Source: Dehalococcoidia bacterium (GTDB lineage Bacteria > Chloroflexota > Dehalococcoidia > UBA2979). Taken from it: a stretch of DNA of 64,000 nucleotides. The position numbers and the translations under genes are program-made. This document shows, piece by piece, positions 9,790 through 19,149 of this stretch. The stretch covers positions 3,232,001 through 3,296,000 of the forward strand of contig OZ253555.1 of assembly GCA_965262725.1 (NCBI GenBank), given 5' to 3'. Positions within the stretch are counted from its first letter, which is position 1. Every line of letters begins with the position of its first letter. A model generated the notes under the pieces. The model was given only the letters and a program-made list of their open reading frames with translations. It ran no database searches and had not been told where the DNA came from.

Positions 9790-10800
9790 CTACGGACCGC
9801 GGCGGAACGCGTCGATTGCCAGCTCGAGGTTCTCGTGGGTTCGCTCGTACGTCATCGAGGCGTTCGCCGAATAGAGGCAGAGCGTGTCGATCACGCCCTC
9901 GTAGCGTTGCGCCTGCTCCACGACCTCCTCCGGTGTGCCGTAGATGCCGTGCTCGCCCGCGACGTCGTCCGGGATCGAGGCGGCCAGCGCGTCGGCGTCG
10001 CCGGGGCGGTTGAAGAAGGCGTCCTGGATGCGCTCCCGGACCTCCCGGTGGCCCTGCGAGTCGAGCACGCTCGCGTAGCTACGGGTCGCGAGGAAGGGAC
10101 CGATCGAGAGCTTCAATTCACGCAGCGCCTGCCGTCGGTCGAGCGAAATCGCGAAGGTGATCCAGCCCTGGTGGTCGAAGTCGGCGCGCGTCCGGCCCGA
10201 GCGCTCGAGCCCCGCGTCCACGTGCGGCCAGACGACGTCGCGGATGAAGCCGACGGAGGCTATGGGGTGGCCGCAGAGTCCGGCGCAGAGATCGCCCGCG
10301 AGCCGCAGCATGCCCGGGTTGACCGCCGCGAGGTAGACGGGGGCAGCGGAACTCGCCCGATCGTCGTTCCGGTCGAGCGCCGAGCCCTCGAAAGAGTAGA
10401 ACTCGCCCCGGAAAGTGAGCCGCTCACTCGAGGGCGTCTCCCAGGCGTGGCGAATGGCGCGGATCATCTCCCTCACGCGGCTCGCCGGACGGGGAAAGTC
10501 GCGCCCCAGCGTGCTGATGTTCCAGTTCTTGGTCCCGCCTCCGAGGCCGAGCACGAAGCGGCCGCCGTAGAGGCGCTGGAGGTCCGCCGCGTGCTGGGCG
10601 AGGTTTCTCGGCCCGAACTGGAAGGCGCGAAAGACGCCGCTCCCGATCCGCGCGCGGTCAGTGTGCTCCAGCATCGACGCGAAGACGGGGATGCTCTCGC
10701 CGGAGTTCCATACGGTCCCGAAGCCGGCCTCCTCGGCGAGCCGTGCGAGCTCGGTCTTCCGGGTGAGGTGGCTGCCGGCGATCGAGATCGCGAGATCCAT
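9790..10800 (-). CDS. LLM-class flavin/F420-dependent oxidoreductase
   Basis: GGRFVLGLG, RPASRVREMIRAIRHAW, FRGEFY, PVYLAAVNPGM; RBS AGGAGGAG before ATG 10800. Confidence 0.85.
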   Translation of the reverse strand: MDLAISIAGSHLTRKTELARLAEEAGFGTVWNSGESIPVFASMLEHTDRARIGSGVFRAFQFGPRNLAQHAADLQRLYGGRFVLGLGGGTKNWNISTLGRDFPRPASRVREMIRAIRHAWETPSSERLTFRGEFYSFEGSALDRNDDRASSAAPVYLAAVNPGMLRLAGDLCAGLCGHPIASVGFIRDVVWPHVDAGLERSGRTRADFDHQGWITFAISLDRRQALRELKLSIGPFLATRSYASVLDSQGHREVRERIQDAFFNRPGDADALAASIPDDVAGEHGIYGTPEEVVEQAQRYEGVIDTLCLYSANASMTYERTHENLELAIDAFRRGP

Positions 10801-11084
10801 CGTCTCCTCCTGTATCCGCGGCAAGGACGATAGCACGGGGCTGGCCGCCGCCCGCCCCGGAGGCGCCCGGCGACGCGCACGACCGGGCCTCGCGACTGCG
10901 ATCCCGCCGGCGCCCCGGCACCTGTGCAAAGATCGAGGGAGGGATGCCTCCGAGGCGTCATCTTCGCCGGCGCCCGCGCCGCGCTGCTCCGCCGAGGCCG
11001 CGGCGGCGGTGCGCGCGCCACCCACGAGACGCCTGAGTTCCCCGCGCGAGCGGCTCGGACCCGCGCGCCGGCACCACCGCGAGC

Positions 11085-11250
11085 AGGTGGGAGCCCGGCG
11101 ACTGCATCACCAGCCGCAACATCTGGCACGAGCGGGTCTTCACCGCCTGGCCATTCGTCGTCGAGGACCGCGGTGACGTGCTGGTGGCCAGCATACCCGC
11201 AGGCACCACCTACGTGGACCGGACAACTCTCCCGATGGCACGTGAGACAC
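11085..11250 (+). pseudogene. Fragment resembling the N-terminus of a DUF402-like protein
   Basis: Frame reads RWEPGDCITSRNIWHERVFTAWPFVVVEDRGDVLVASIPAGTTY; no start codon after the in-frame stop at 11034; runs into the att-like repeat. Confidence 0.4.
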
Positions 11251-11256
11251 CGGGCG

Positions 11257-11305
11257 CGCATCTGGCGGGCTGGCACCCTCGGGATTCGAACCTGCGACCC
11301 GCGGA
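11257..11305 (-). repeat. att-like duplicate of the tRNA-Arg 3' end and its flank
   Basis: cgcatctggcgggctggcaccctcg---ggattcgaacctgcgacccgcgga aligns to 13846-13897 cgcatctggaggaatggtaccctcggcaggattcgaacctgcgacccgcgga. Confidence 0.85.
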
Positions 11306-11600
11306 GCGGAAGCGTCTCGTCGCGACCGCGCCTACGGTATTGCTGCTGGTCGTCGCGAGCCTTCGCTCGTAACGCCTACCAGGTACGGTGGGCCCCATCC
11401 CGAACGTCGGTGCACTGGCTATCCGAGCGGTGGGGATGTGGTCCGTAGTGAAACGCCCGACCGCCAGGCTGCCGGCTCCCGATACCGGGCCGGGCTCAAG
11501 CGCCTCCGGGTGAAGTCGTTCGCCCGGCGCACAGCATCCGCAGCCGCGGGATACGCCGGGGCCCGACCTGGCGGCCGGCCCCCGGCACCCCGCCGGGCTG

Positions 11601-13310
11601 CTATACCGGCACGATCTGGTCGTAGAAGACGCCCGGCTGCCCGGCCGGGTGCAGCTCGGCGAACTTGTCCTCGCGCCAGGCGTGGAACGCCTGCGGGTGG
11701 ACCGTCCACAGCGCCGGCGGGTCGAGCGAGAGCTCCAGAGTGGCCTCCTGGTAAAGCTTGCGCCGCGCCTCCGTGTCGATGGTCTTGAGACCCTCGACGA
11801 ACTTGTCCTCGAACTTCGGGTTGTCGTAGTACTTCGACAGACTGTCCTTCTGCAGCCACGAGTAGGCGAACGACGCGTCCGCGAGCACGAACGCCGAGAA
11901 CGGCATGTGGTAGATGTGCGGTGTGCGCTTGGCCCGCCCGTAGATACCGTCCCGCCAGACGCCCGTTTCGACGAGCTGGATACCGATGTCGATGCCGATC
12001 TCGCTGATGTTGTCCGCCGCGATGAGAGTGTGCGCCTCGAAGACCGGGTTGCCCTCAACGCGTGAGGTGATCGTCGTCTTAAAGCCGTTGGGGAGTCCCG
12101 CGTCCGCCAGCAGCTGCCGCGACTTGTCCGGATCGTAGCCGTACGGCTGAAGGTCCGGGTTGAACCCGAAGGCGTTCTCCGTGAGCGCTTGCGAACGCTG
12201 CTGAACGGCCCGGCCGAAGTAGACCTCCTCAATCACGGTCGGCGTGTCGAGCGCGTGCTCGAGCGCCAGGCGCACGCGCACATCGCTGGTCGGCGGGTCG
12301 AAGTACTCCATCGACCAGCCGATCCACTGCGTGCTCGGGTTGGCGCCCAGCACGATGTTATCGAAGGCCTCGATGCGCTCAAGCTCCGGGATCGGCAGCC
12401 CGGTGCAGAAGTCGACCGCGCCGGTCTCGAGCGCCGATATGCGGGTGGTCGACTCCTTGATCACCTGCACGTCGGCCTCGCCGATGCCCTTCGTTCCGCG
12501 CCACGACGTGGCGCTCGCCTGCAGCAGAATGCGGGCTCCCTGCGTGTACGCGGCCGGGACGTAGGCACCGCTGCCCACGGCCTGGGTGGCCTGGTGCTCC
12601 TTGCCCTTGCTCGGATCCTCGAAGATGTGCTTCGGCAGAATGAAGACCAGATGCTGCCGGCGCGGGATGATCGGGTCAGCGTCGATGGTGACGAGCACGG
12701 CGGTGCGTTCGTCCATCACCTCGACGTGGTCGATGGTGCTGACGCGTGAGCGCAGGCTCGACTTGTTGTCCGCGTCCTTGTAGTACTCGATCGCGAACTT
12801 GACGTCCTCGGCGGTGAGCTTCACGCCATCGGAGAACTCGGCCTCATTGAGATTGAAGATCCAGCGCTTCGGGTCTGATGGGTCCACATCGTAGGACGCG
12901 CCGAGCGCCGGAATGATGCTCTTCGACACCGGGTCGAGACGAGCAAGCGTGTCGTAGATGCCGTGGAACTCGTTGGTGCTGCCTGCCGTCGTGTTCGGGT
13001 CGAGCGTATTGCCGGGGGCGACGACGGCCGGTGTGATCGTGGCCGACTTGCGCACCTCCGGCGCTGCTGTCGGCGCTGCCGTCGGCGCCGCCGTTGCCGC
13101 CGGCGCCGCCGTTGCCGCAGCCGTTGCCGCCGGCGCCGCCGTTGCGGCCGCTGCTGTCGTGGCTGCCGGAGCGGGCGCGGTCACACCATCGTCATCATCG
13201 TCGTCACCGCAGCCGATGACCGCCGCGGTGGCGAGACCCACGCCGCCCAGCGCGCTTCCCCGGATCAGAGCGCGCCTTGAGATGCGGTTACCAAGAAATG
13301 CTCGTGCCAT
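11601..13310 (-). CDS. ABC transporter substrate-binding protein, family 5 (Dpp/Opp/Nik-like); Tat lipoprotein
   Basis: SRRALIRG twin-arginine, VIGC lipobox, acidic plus Ala/Thr/Pro linker, FSDGVKLTAEDVKF, DVRVRLALEHALD, YDPDKSRQLLADAG; start 13310 or 13319. Confidence 0.9.
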   Translation of the reverse strand: MARAFLGNRISRRALIRGSALGGVGLATAAVIGCGDDDDDDGVTAPAPAATTAAAATAAPAATAAATAAPAATAAPTAAPTAAPEVRKSATITPAVVAPGNTLDPNTTAGSTNEFHGIYDTLARLDPVSKSIIPALGASYDVDPSDPKRWIFNLNEAEFSDGVKLTAEDVKFAIEYYKDADNKSSLRSRVSTIDHVEVMDERTAVLVTIDADPIIPRRQHLVFILPKHIFEDPSKGKEHQATQAVGSGAYVPAAYTQGARILLQASATSWRGTKGIGEADVQVIKESTTRISALETGAVDFCTGLPIPELERIEAFDNIVLGANPSTQWIGWSMEYFDPPTSDVRVRLALEHALDTPTVIEEVYFGRAVQQRSQALTENAFGFNPDLQPYGYDPDKSRQLLADAGLPNGFKTTITSRVEGNPVFEAHTLIAADNISEIGIDIGIQLVETGVWRDGIYGRAKRTPHIYHMPFSAFVLADASFAYSWLQKDSLSKYYDNPKFEDKFVEGLKTIDTEARRKLYQEATLELSLDPPALWTVHPQAFHAWREDKFAELHPAGQPGVFYDQIVPV

Positions 13311-13630
13311 GAGCACCATCCCCTCTCATGCTCACCGCCACCGTTGTCAGCAGGGCTGCACTGTACTTCGTACGTAATGCGATGACCAGTCGTGGCCCGG
13401 TGTACCACACCGCAACGAGCCCAACGTCCTCAGTCCAATCGGTGCGGCCGTCCTCTACAACCAACCGTGAATCGACGCATCGGACGACGACCCCATGCTC
13501 CCCATGCCAGACGCTGAGCTCGAGGACGAGGTAGTCCGCCTCGTGCGCCACGAGGACCACGGGCTCGCGCTGGGGACGGCCGAGGCTGAGCCCAGCGACT
13601 GACGGCCGGTCGGCTCGCGTGCGCGGAGGC

Positions 13631-13810
13631 CGGGACTACTACCCAGTGCCCCGGCCGCTTGGAACAGGCACGCCACGACTCTCATGCGTATGCCAGTCTG
13701 CAGCAGCTGGCGGTCCCACGAGTGCGCCTTGCGCAAGTGCGGATTCCTGGACCAGTGCGTCCCCGACTGCTTCTACAGGTCTGTGCCGCTCTCGAACATG
13801 CCGCAAAGGA
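13631..13810 (+). pseudogene. Decayed C-terminal fragment of a tyrosine integrase
   Basis: Across a frameshift it reads RDYYPV.R / LEQARHDSHAYASL..RVRL, resembling integrase R..FYP.L.RAGL..IRFHDLRH.YASL; directly adjacent to the tRNA 3' end. Confidence 0.4.
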
Positions 13811-13859
13811 AGAGACTTCTCTCGGCCCACTGGATACCTCGAATCCGCATCTGGAGGAA

Positions 13860-13935
13860 TGGTACCCTCGGCAGGATTCGAACCTGCGACCCGCGGATTA
13901 GAAGTCCGCTGCTCTGTCCACTGAGCTACGAGGGC
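13860..13935 (-). tRNA. tRNA-Arg (anticodon TCT)
   Basis: Reverse complement GCCCTCG TAGCTCAGTGGACAGAGCA GCGGA CTTCTAA TCCGC GGGTC GCAGG TTCGAAT CCTGC CGAGGGT A CCA folds as a full cloverleaf. Confidence 0.97.
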
Positions 13936-14237
13936 GCGAGGCCAGCGAGGTCATTCTAGACCGAGGCACCCGCCTGAACCCAGACATTTCACCGGCATCA
14001 TGGGACGCCGACACCTCCCCTCACACCGCGCGTCATCTCGCCCGGAGCGAATCGCCCGGAGCGAACGGTTGCCGACAGCACCGGCCGGGACGCCCGCGCC
14101 GAGCGCGCAGTGGCCCCCGGAGGGGTCGATCCCCGCTGCTCGCGCCGCCTCGCAGCCGCCGGACCCCACACCGCCACCCGCCGTCGCCACGTCCGCCGCG
14201 GTTGACGACCCGCCACTCGATGTCGGTAGGCTGGCAT

Positions 14238-14312
14238 GGGCCCGTAGCTCAGCGGCAGAGCAGTGGACTTTTAATCCATCGGCCGGAGGTTCGAATCCTC
14301 CCGGGCCTACCA
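14238..14312 (+). tRNA. tRNA-Lys (anticodon TTT)
   Basis: GGGCCCG TAGCTCAGCGGCAGAGCA GTGGA CTTTTAA TCCAT CGGCC GGAGG TTCGAAT CCTCC CGGGCCT A CCA; TAGGCT -10-like box just upstream. Confidence 0.97.
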
Positions 14313-14384
14313 ACGTGTACCGCACTCACAGCTTCCCCACTCAGGGCGACCTCGGCAGCGTCCGCGCCCTGGATCGGGCTGTCT

Positions 14385-14576
14385 TCCGGCATCGATGTGG
14401 CGCTCGCGGCGGCGAGCCTCGCGGTCGTCGAGGTCGGCGCCGAGCAGCTCGGCCAGGTAGGCACGGTGGGTGAGCAGGTCGCGCAGCGCCACCTCAGCGA
14501 GCGGAGCGGCCCGCTCGCCCACGATCGGGAGGCGCAGCGCGCGGCAGGTCGCCTCGATCGCGAGCGCAGCGCCCTG
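14385..14576 (-). pseudogene. IS21-family helper ATPase IstB, N-terminal fragment
   Basis: AIEATCRALRLP...LAEVALRDLLTHRAYLAELLGADLDDREARRRERHI resembles the IstB N-terminus; the Walker A region is absent. Confidence 0.65.
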
Positions 14577-14694
14577 ATGCGCACGGCCTCGGCACCGCAT
14601 CGCGGCCGGCCTCGTAAGGCCGACCCCCGTCGCGTACTCGCCCTTATGTCCTGTGGCGCCGTTCGGCCCGCGGACGGGCTGCCGCGGTCGCCGG

Positions 14695-15963
14695 CTACGG
14701 CTCGCGGGCCGCGACGACCTGCGGAGGGTAGGCGGGCTCGATGTCGTCGGGAATGCCCTCGCGGATCGCTCGCTCGACCGACATCGCCGCGCGGTCGATG
14801 TCCGCGTGGGTGTTGAAGGCGTGGAGTGAGAGCCGCACGGTGTTGAACTGGGCCACCGAGCGGCAGACGACCCTTGCCTCGTGCTGCAGCCAGGCGTTCA
14901 CCAGCGCCGCGTCGAGGCCGTCTACCGCGAAGCAGAAGAGCCCCGTCCGCGTCGCGTCTTCGCGCGGACTGAGGACGCGGACGCCGTCGATCTGCTCGAA
15001 GCGCCGCTGCGCGTAGCGGTTGAGCGCGCGTGCGCGCTCAAAGACCGCGTCCGGGTCGGCGTCGAGGAACCACTCCGCCGCTTCGATGGTCCCCGCGATG
15101 AGCGCCGTGGACGTCGTTGTCAGCTCGTACTTCGTGATGCTCTCGAGCTCAGCCTCGAAGGCGCCCTCGAAGTCGTACGATGCGGCGGCGCGGCCAGCGA
15201 CCTTCATCGGCGCGACCCGCGCGATGAGGTCCTCGCGAACGTAGAGCGCTCCCAGCCCCTCCGGTCCGCAGAGCCACTTGTGGGAGGGGATCGCGTAGAA
15301 GTCGACGCCACTTGCGCGCACCTCGATGGGAATGTGCCCCGCGGTCTGCGCACCATCGACGAGGACCAGCCCGCCGCGCCGGTGCGCCTCGTGGACGATC
15401 GCGCCGAGCGGAAGCAGCTGGCCGGTCGAGTACGCGATCTCGGACAGGATGACGAGCGCGAGCCTGCCGCGAGCGCGCTCGATCGCGGCGACGAATGCCT
15501 CCGTCACCCGATCGGGGGAGTCCTGGACGTCGAGGGGCACGATCACGAGCTCGCAGCCGTGGCGTTCGCGCTGGAAATAGGCGGGAACGATGCCGGAGCC
15601 GTGCTCCACGCTGGTCGTGACGACGCAGTCGCCCGGCCCCAGTCCGAGCCCGTTGACGACGATGTTGATGCCCTCGGTGGTGTTGCCCGTGACGGCGACC
15701 TCGTTGGGCGAGGCGCCCCCGAGCACGCGCCCCATCGTTTCGCGGTAGCGCTGCACGAGATCGTGGCGGTCGTCGAGCACCCGGCGCGTCGTCGAGCCGT
15801 GGGCCAGCTCGAGGTCCAGGCGCCGCCTCACCGCCTCGTGCACGGCGCGGCGGGACGGCCCGGAGAACCCGGAGTTCATGTACGCGTACTCGCGCAGCGC
15901 GGGCGTCTGCTCGCGCCAGGCGCTCCACGTCGCACGCCTCTCCTCGGCTCCGCCGCTCGTCAT
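14695..15963 (-). CDS. Class V PLP-dependent enzyme (cysteine desulfurase/lyase or isopenicillin-N epimerase-like)
   Basis: YMNSGFSGP, NTTEGIN, VEHGS, LVDGAQTAG, PSHKWLCGPEG (PLP lysine), VRLSLHAFNT. Confidence 0.88.
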   Translation of the reverse strand: MTSGGAEERRATWSAWREQTPALREYAYMNSGFSGPSRRAVHEAVRRRLDLELAHGSTTRRVLDDRHDLVQRYRETMGRVLGGASPNEVAVTGNTTEGINIVVNGLGLGPGDCVVTTSVEHGSGIVPAYFQRERHGCELVIVPLDVQDSPDRVTEAFVAAIERARGRLALVILSEIAYSTGQLLPLGAIVHEAHRRGGLVLVDGAQTAGHIPIEVRASGVDFYAIPSHKWLCGPEGLGALYVREDLIARVAPMKVAGRAAASYDFEGAFEAELESITKYELTTTSTALIAGTIEAAEWFLDADPDAVFERARALNRYAQRRFEQIDGVRVLSPREDATRTGLFCFAVDGLDAALVNAWLQHEARVVCRSVAQFNTVRLSLHAFNTHADIDRAAMSVERAIREGIPDDIEPAYPPQVVAAREP

Positions 15964-16028
15964 CCTTGCTCCTCCGAACACCGCGCCCGCCTCCACACGC
16001 TACCGGCGGCGGTGGACATCTGACACCC

Positions 16029-16850
16029 CTAGTCGCCGGGCAGCGCCTGCAGGAAGCGCTCGATCTCGCCGGCCAGCACCTCCGGACCACGATCGAAGAT
16101 CGCGTTCGTGAGCCCCGGCAGCTCCACGACCCGGGCCTGCGGCAGGATCCGTGAGGCGTCCCGCGAGGGCCGCGCGAGCGCATTGTCGGGGTTGAGCACG
16201 AGCACCGGGCAGCCGACGCGGGCGAGCCGCTCCTGCGGCTCGTAGTCGAAGAGCGCCTCGTGCGCCCACCAGTGTCGCGGGTACGCGCGCAGCTCGTCCA
16301 CGAAGCACAGGTAGGCTCGCTCCAGCGAGAGCCCGGGCGTGCGGTCGGTGATGAAGTAGTGCCAGCGCTCGCGGAACTGCTCGAAGTCCTCCGTCAGGTC
16401 GGCGCGCGCCGCGAGCACGGCGCGCCGCTCCGCCCGCTCCTCGCCCACGTAGTAGGGGATACCGACGAGGACGAGCGAGCGGATCAGATCGGGTCGGCGC
16501 GCGGCCGCCTCCGTCGCGATCAGCACGCCCGTGTGGTAGCCGAAGACGTCGACCGGCGTCCGCCCGGACCCGGCGGTGCGCTCGACGAGATCGATGAAGG
16601 CGTCGGCGTAGCGCTCGAACGGGGGCATCTCCGGCGGTGCGTCGGAGCCGCCGTAGCCCGGGGTGTCGGGGGCGATCACGCGGCGCGTCCGCGCGAGGCG
16701 CTCCATCAGGGGGATGAAGGGTTGCGACGAGTACGCCGTCGCGTGCAGGAGGTAGAGCGGCGGCGGGTCACCTTCCTCCGGCCCCCCGGCGAGCAGGTGG
16801 ACCTGCCCGTAGGGGCCGTCGACGTAGGACCGCCTCAGCGTCCCGCTCAT
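16029..16850 (-). CDS. Alpha/beta fold protein with a non-canonical elbow (GYHTG)
   Basis: YLLHAT, APDTPGYGGSD, VFGYHTG. Confidence 0.85.
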   Translation of the reverse strand: MSGTLRRSYVDGPYGQVHLLAGGPEEGDPPPLYLLHATAYSSQPFIPLMERLARTRRVIAPDTPGYGGSDAPPEMPPFERYADAFIDLVERTAGSGRTPVDVFGYHTGVLIATEAAARRPDLIRSLVLVGIPYYVGEERAERRAVLAARADLTEDFEQFRERWHYFITDRTPGLSLERAYLCFVDELRAYPRHWWAHEALFDYEPQERLARVGCPVLVLNPDNALARPSRDASRILPQARVVELPGLTNAIFDRGPEVLAGEIERFLQALPGD

Positions 16851-16944
16851 CGGCGTCCATCCGTTTCGCCCCGCCCCGGCGCCTCGGGGCGCCGACCGGC
16901 GGGGTGTGCTCCGCCCTCGCGCGCGGCTCCGGCGCCGCCTCGCG

Positions 16945-17760
16945 CTAGCGCTCCCTGCTGAGGAAGTCGGCGATCAGCTCGCTCGCGCGCTCCGGCTGCT
17001 CGATGACGAGGTAGTGGCCGCAGCTCTCTAGCACGTGCGTCTCACAGTGCGGCAGCTGCTCGGCCACGTGCGCCATCCCGATGCCGCTCGGCGCCGGCCG
17101 GAACGGCGTCATGTTGTCCTCATCGCCCGCCAGCAGCAACGCGGGGGCGCGCACGTGCGCGACGAGCGGGCTCAGGTCGGTCTTCTCGATCGTCTCCGTA
17201 CCGGCGATGAAGGCCTCGGGGGTCGTCTTGCTGAAAGCGTCGCGCATCGATTGGAGCTGCGCCTCCGCGTGGTCGAGCTCGTAGAAGCCGCGGGCGAAGC
17301 CCGCCACCGACGTGAGATCCGCGACCGCCTCCATGCCGCTGTCGCGGGCGGTCAGCTTCCACGTGCCGCGCATCATCCGCGCCGCGCGGTCATAGCGGGC
17401 GAGGAAGCAGGAGAGCACCAGCCGGTCGAGCACCTCCGGGTGCCGGGCGGCGAGGGTCAGCCCGATCATCGCGCCGAACGAGGTCCCGTGGACGTGGACG
17501 CGCTCGTAGCCGGCGGCGCGGATGAACTCAAAGACCTGCTCGGCGAGCCCCTCCATCCCGCCGGGCCGGGGATCGCCACGGCTCTCGCCGTATCCCGGGA
17601 GATCGAAGTCGATCACCGCGAAGTCCCTCGCCGCGAAGGGGGTCATGCGCTCGAAGTTGCGGTGTCCGAAGGCGGAGCCGTGGATCTGGACGAGCGGTGC
17701 GCCCGAGCCGGTGATCGTGTACCAGATGGTCTCGCCGCCCGGCAGCGAAACTGTGCTCAT
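16945..17760 (-). CDS. Alpha/beta hydrolase (enol-lactonase-like)
   Basis: QIHGS, FDLPGYGES, GTSFG, AGDED and CGHY triad. Confidence 0.9.
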   Translation of the reverse strand: MSTVSLPGGETIWYTITGSGAPLVQIHGSAFGHRNFERMTPFAARDFAVIDFDLPGYGESRGDPRPGGMEGLAEQVFEFIRAAGYERVHVHGTSFGAMIGLTLAARHPEVLDRLVLSCFLARYDRAARMMRGTWKLTARDSGMEAVADLTSVAGFARGFYELDHAEAQLQSMRDAFSKTTPEAFIAGTETIEKTDLSPLVAHVRAPALLLAGDEDNMTPFRPAPSGIGMAHVAEQLPHCETHVLESCGHYLVIEQPERASELIADFLSRER

Positions 17761-17784
17761 CGCGCGCTCCTCCCCCCGGTCCGC

Positions 17785-19149
17785 CTACGCCAGCGTGGCG
17801 AGCGACATCAGCGTGTGGATGTCGTCGGCCTGATCGAGGCCCCACGTCGCGTCGAGGATAGCGTCGGCGCGCCCCGGCGCGAGGAGGTCACCCGAGGATG
17901 TGCGGAAGAGCCCGGAGAGCTGATCGTCCGTCAGCCGGCGGCCCGGGCTCCCCAGGAAGGCGTCGACCGAGGCCGACTCCGTGGAGCCGTCGGTGAACTC
18001 GACGGTGAGAGAGCAGCCGTCGAAGCTCTCCCGCCCCGGGTCGGGCACGAGCTCCGATCTCTCGCGCAGGGCGAGGATAGCGGGGTCGGTGTAGGCGGGC
18101 TCCTGCATCTCCGCGAGCGTGAAGTGCCCGCGTACCCAGGCCGCCGCCGCGCAGAACAGCAGGTCGAAGCGTGCCGTCAGCTCGGTAGACGGCACGCCGA
18201 AGCGCTCCCAGCGCTCGTCGACGATCTCCTTCACGATAGGCTGGACGCCGAAGCGCATGCGTGCCACCTCGCGGCCGTCGGCGCGACCGCGGAGTTCGAG
18301 CGCGCACTCAACGGCCGGGTGGGTGATCGTCTCGGTCGGCACGGTCTTGTAGCTCTGCCCGTGTATACGCCACGTCGAGCCGAGGGAGTCCAGGACGCCA
18401 TCGATCTTCGCGGCGTCCTCGTCGGTGTGCGTAACGAACATCCCCTTCTCCCCCTCGAACGCCGTCGGGGGAGCGTCGAAGCCGCGTTCGGCGAGTGAGA
18501 AGGCGGTGAGCCCGGAACGGGCGGTCGCCCCGGTGATGTAGGAGAGCGTCATGCTCCCGACGGAGACGTAGAGGCCAAAGGCCGTGCACATCGCGATCCC
18601 GAGCGCGTTGCTCATCCGCTCCCCGTCGAGCCCGGCGAGGATGGAGCAGGCGGCAGCCGCGCCGACGCCCCCGGTCAGCCCTGCCGGCACGTAGCCGCGG
18701 TAATAGCCAGTCGGCATCAGCATCGTCGCGACGGCGAGCTCCACTTCCATGCCGAGGGTGAGAGCCGTGAGCACCTCGGCTCCGCTCTGCCCGCCCACCT
18801 CGGCCTGCGCGAGGAGCGCCGGGAGCACGGCCGACGTCGCGTGCATGAAGCAGGGGATGTACGTGTCGTGGAAGTCCAGCACCTCGAAGAGGGCGCCGTT
18901 GACGACCGCAGCGCGCTCCGGGTCGGTCCGCGTGCCGTACCAGAGCACGTGCGCCCCGGCGGAGACCGGGCCCGGAGGCTGGGCCCACGCGTGGAGCATC
19001 CGGACGGCCTCGCGATCGGTGGCGCCGACCGAGGCCTTGAGCTGGTTCAGCAGCAGTCGCTTCGCCTCGTGCGTCGCCTCCTCGGGGGCACCCCGCGCCG
19101 ACCACTCGCGGGCGAAACTCACGAGGCGCTCGGAGACGTTGGAACTCAT
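17785..19149 (-). CDS. MmgE/PrpD family protein
   Basis: NGALFEVLDFHDTY, HATSAVLPA, AFEGEKG, YKTVPT; ATGA overlap with the upstream gene. Confidence 0.9.
   Translation of the reverse strand: MSSNVSERLVSFAREWSARGAPEEATHEAKRLLLNQLKASVGATDREAVRMLHAWAQPPGPVSAGAHVLWYGTRTDPERAAVVNGALFEVLDFHDTYIPCFMHATSAVLPALLAQAEVGGQSGAEVLTALTLGMEVELAVATMLMPTGYYRGYVPAGLTGGVGAAAACSILAGLDGERMSNALGIAMCTAFGLYVSVGSMTLSYITGATARSGLTAFSLAERGFDAPPTAFEGEKGMFVTHTDEDAAKIDGVLDSLGSTWRIHGQSYKTVPTETITHPAVECALELRGRADGREVARMRFGVQPIVKEIVDERWERFGVPSTELTARFDLLFCAAAAWVRGHFTLAEMQEPAYTDPAILALRERSELVPDPGRESFDGCSLTVEFTDGSTESASVDAFLGSPGRRLTDDQLSGLFRTSSGDLLAPGRADAILDATWGLDQADDIHTLMSLATLA

Larger units (their letters stand above)
11257..13897. 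mobile_element. Eroded genomic island integrated at tRNA-Arg(TCT)
   Basis: Flanking direct repeats that include the tRNA 3' end, an integrase-like remnant next to the tRNA and one cargo gene. Confidence 0.65.

Noticed and set aside
11271-11305. Possible third tRNA gene
   Set aside because: Only the T-arm and acceptor 3' side are present, with a 3-nt deletion; treated as an att remnant.
13062-13177. Short GC-rich tandem repeats here, at 1909-1968 and at about 58840-59100, considered as CRISPR or VNTR elements
   Set aside because: They are in-frame Ala/Pro/Thr linkers of exported proteins; there are no unique spacers and no cas genes.
13440-13602. Short coding-like frames upstream of the solute-binding gene
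   Set aside because: No convincing start and no family that I recognise; probably island debris.
14038-14065. 14-bp tandem duplication tcgcccggagcgaa between the two tRNAs
   Set aside because: Only two copies and not seen elsewhere; no supportable function.
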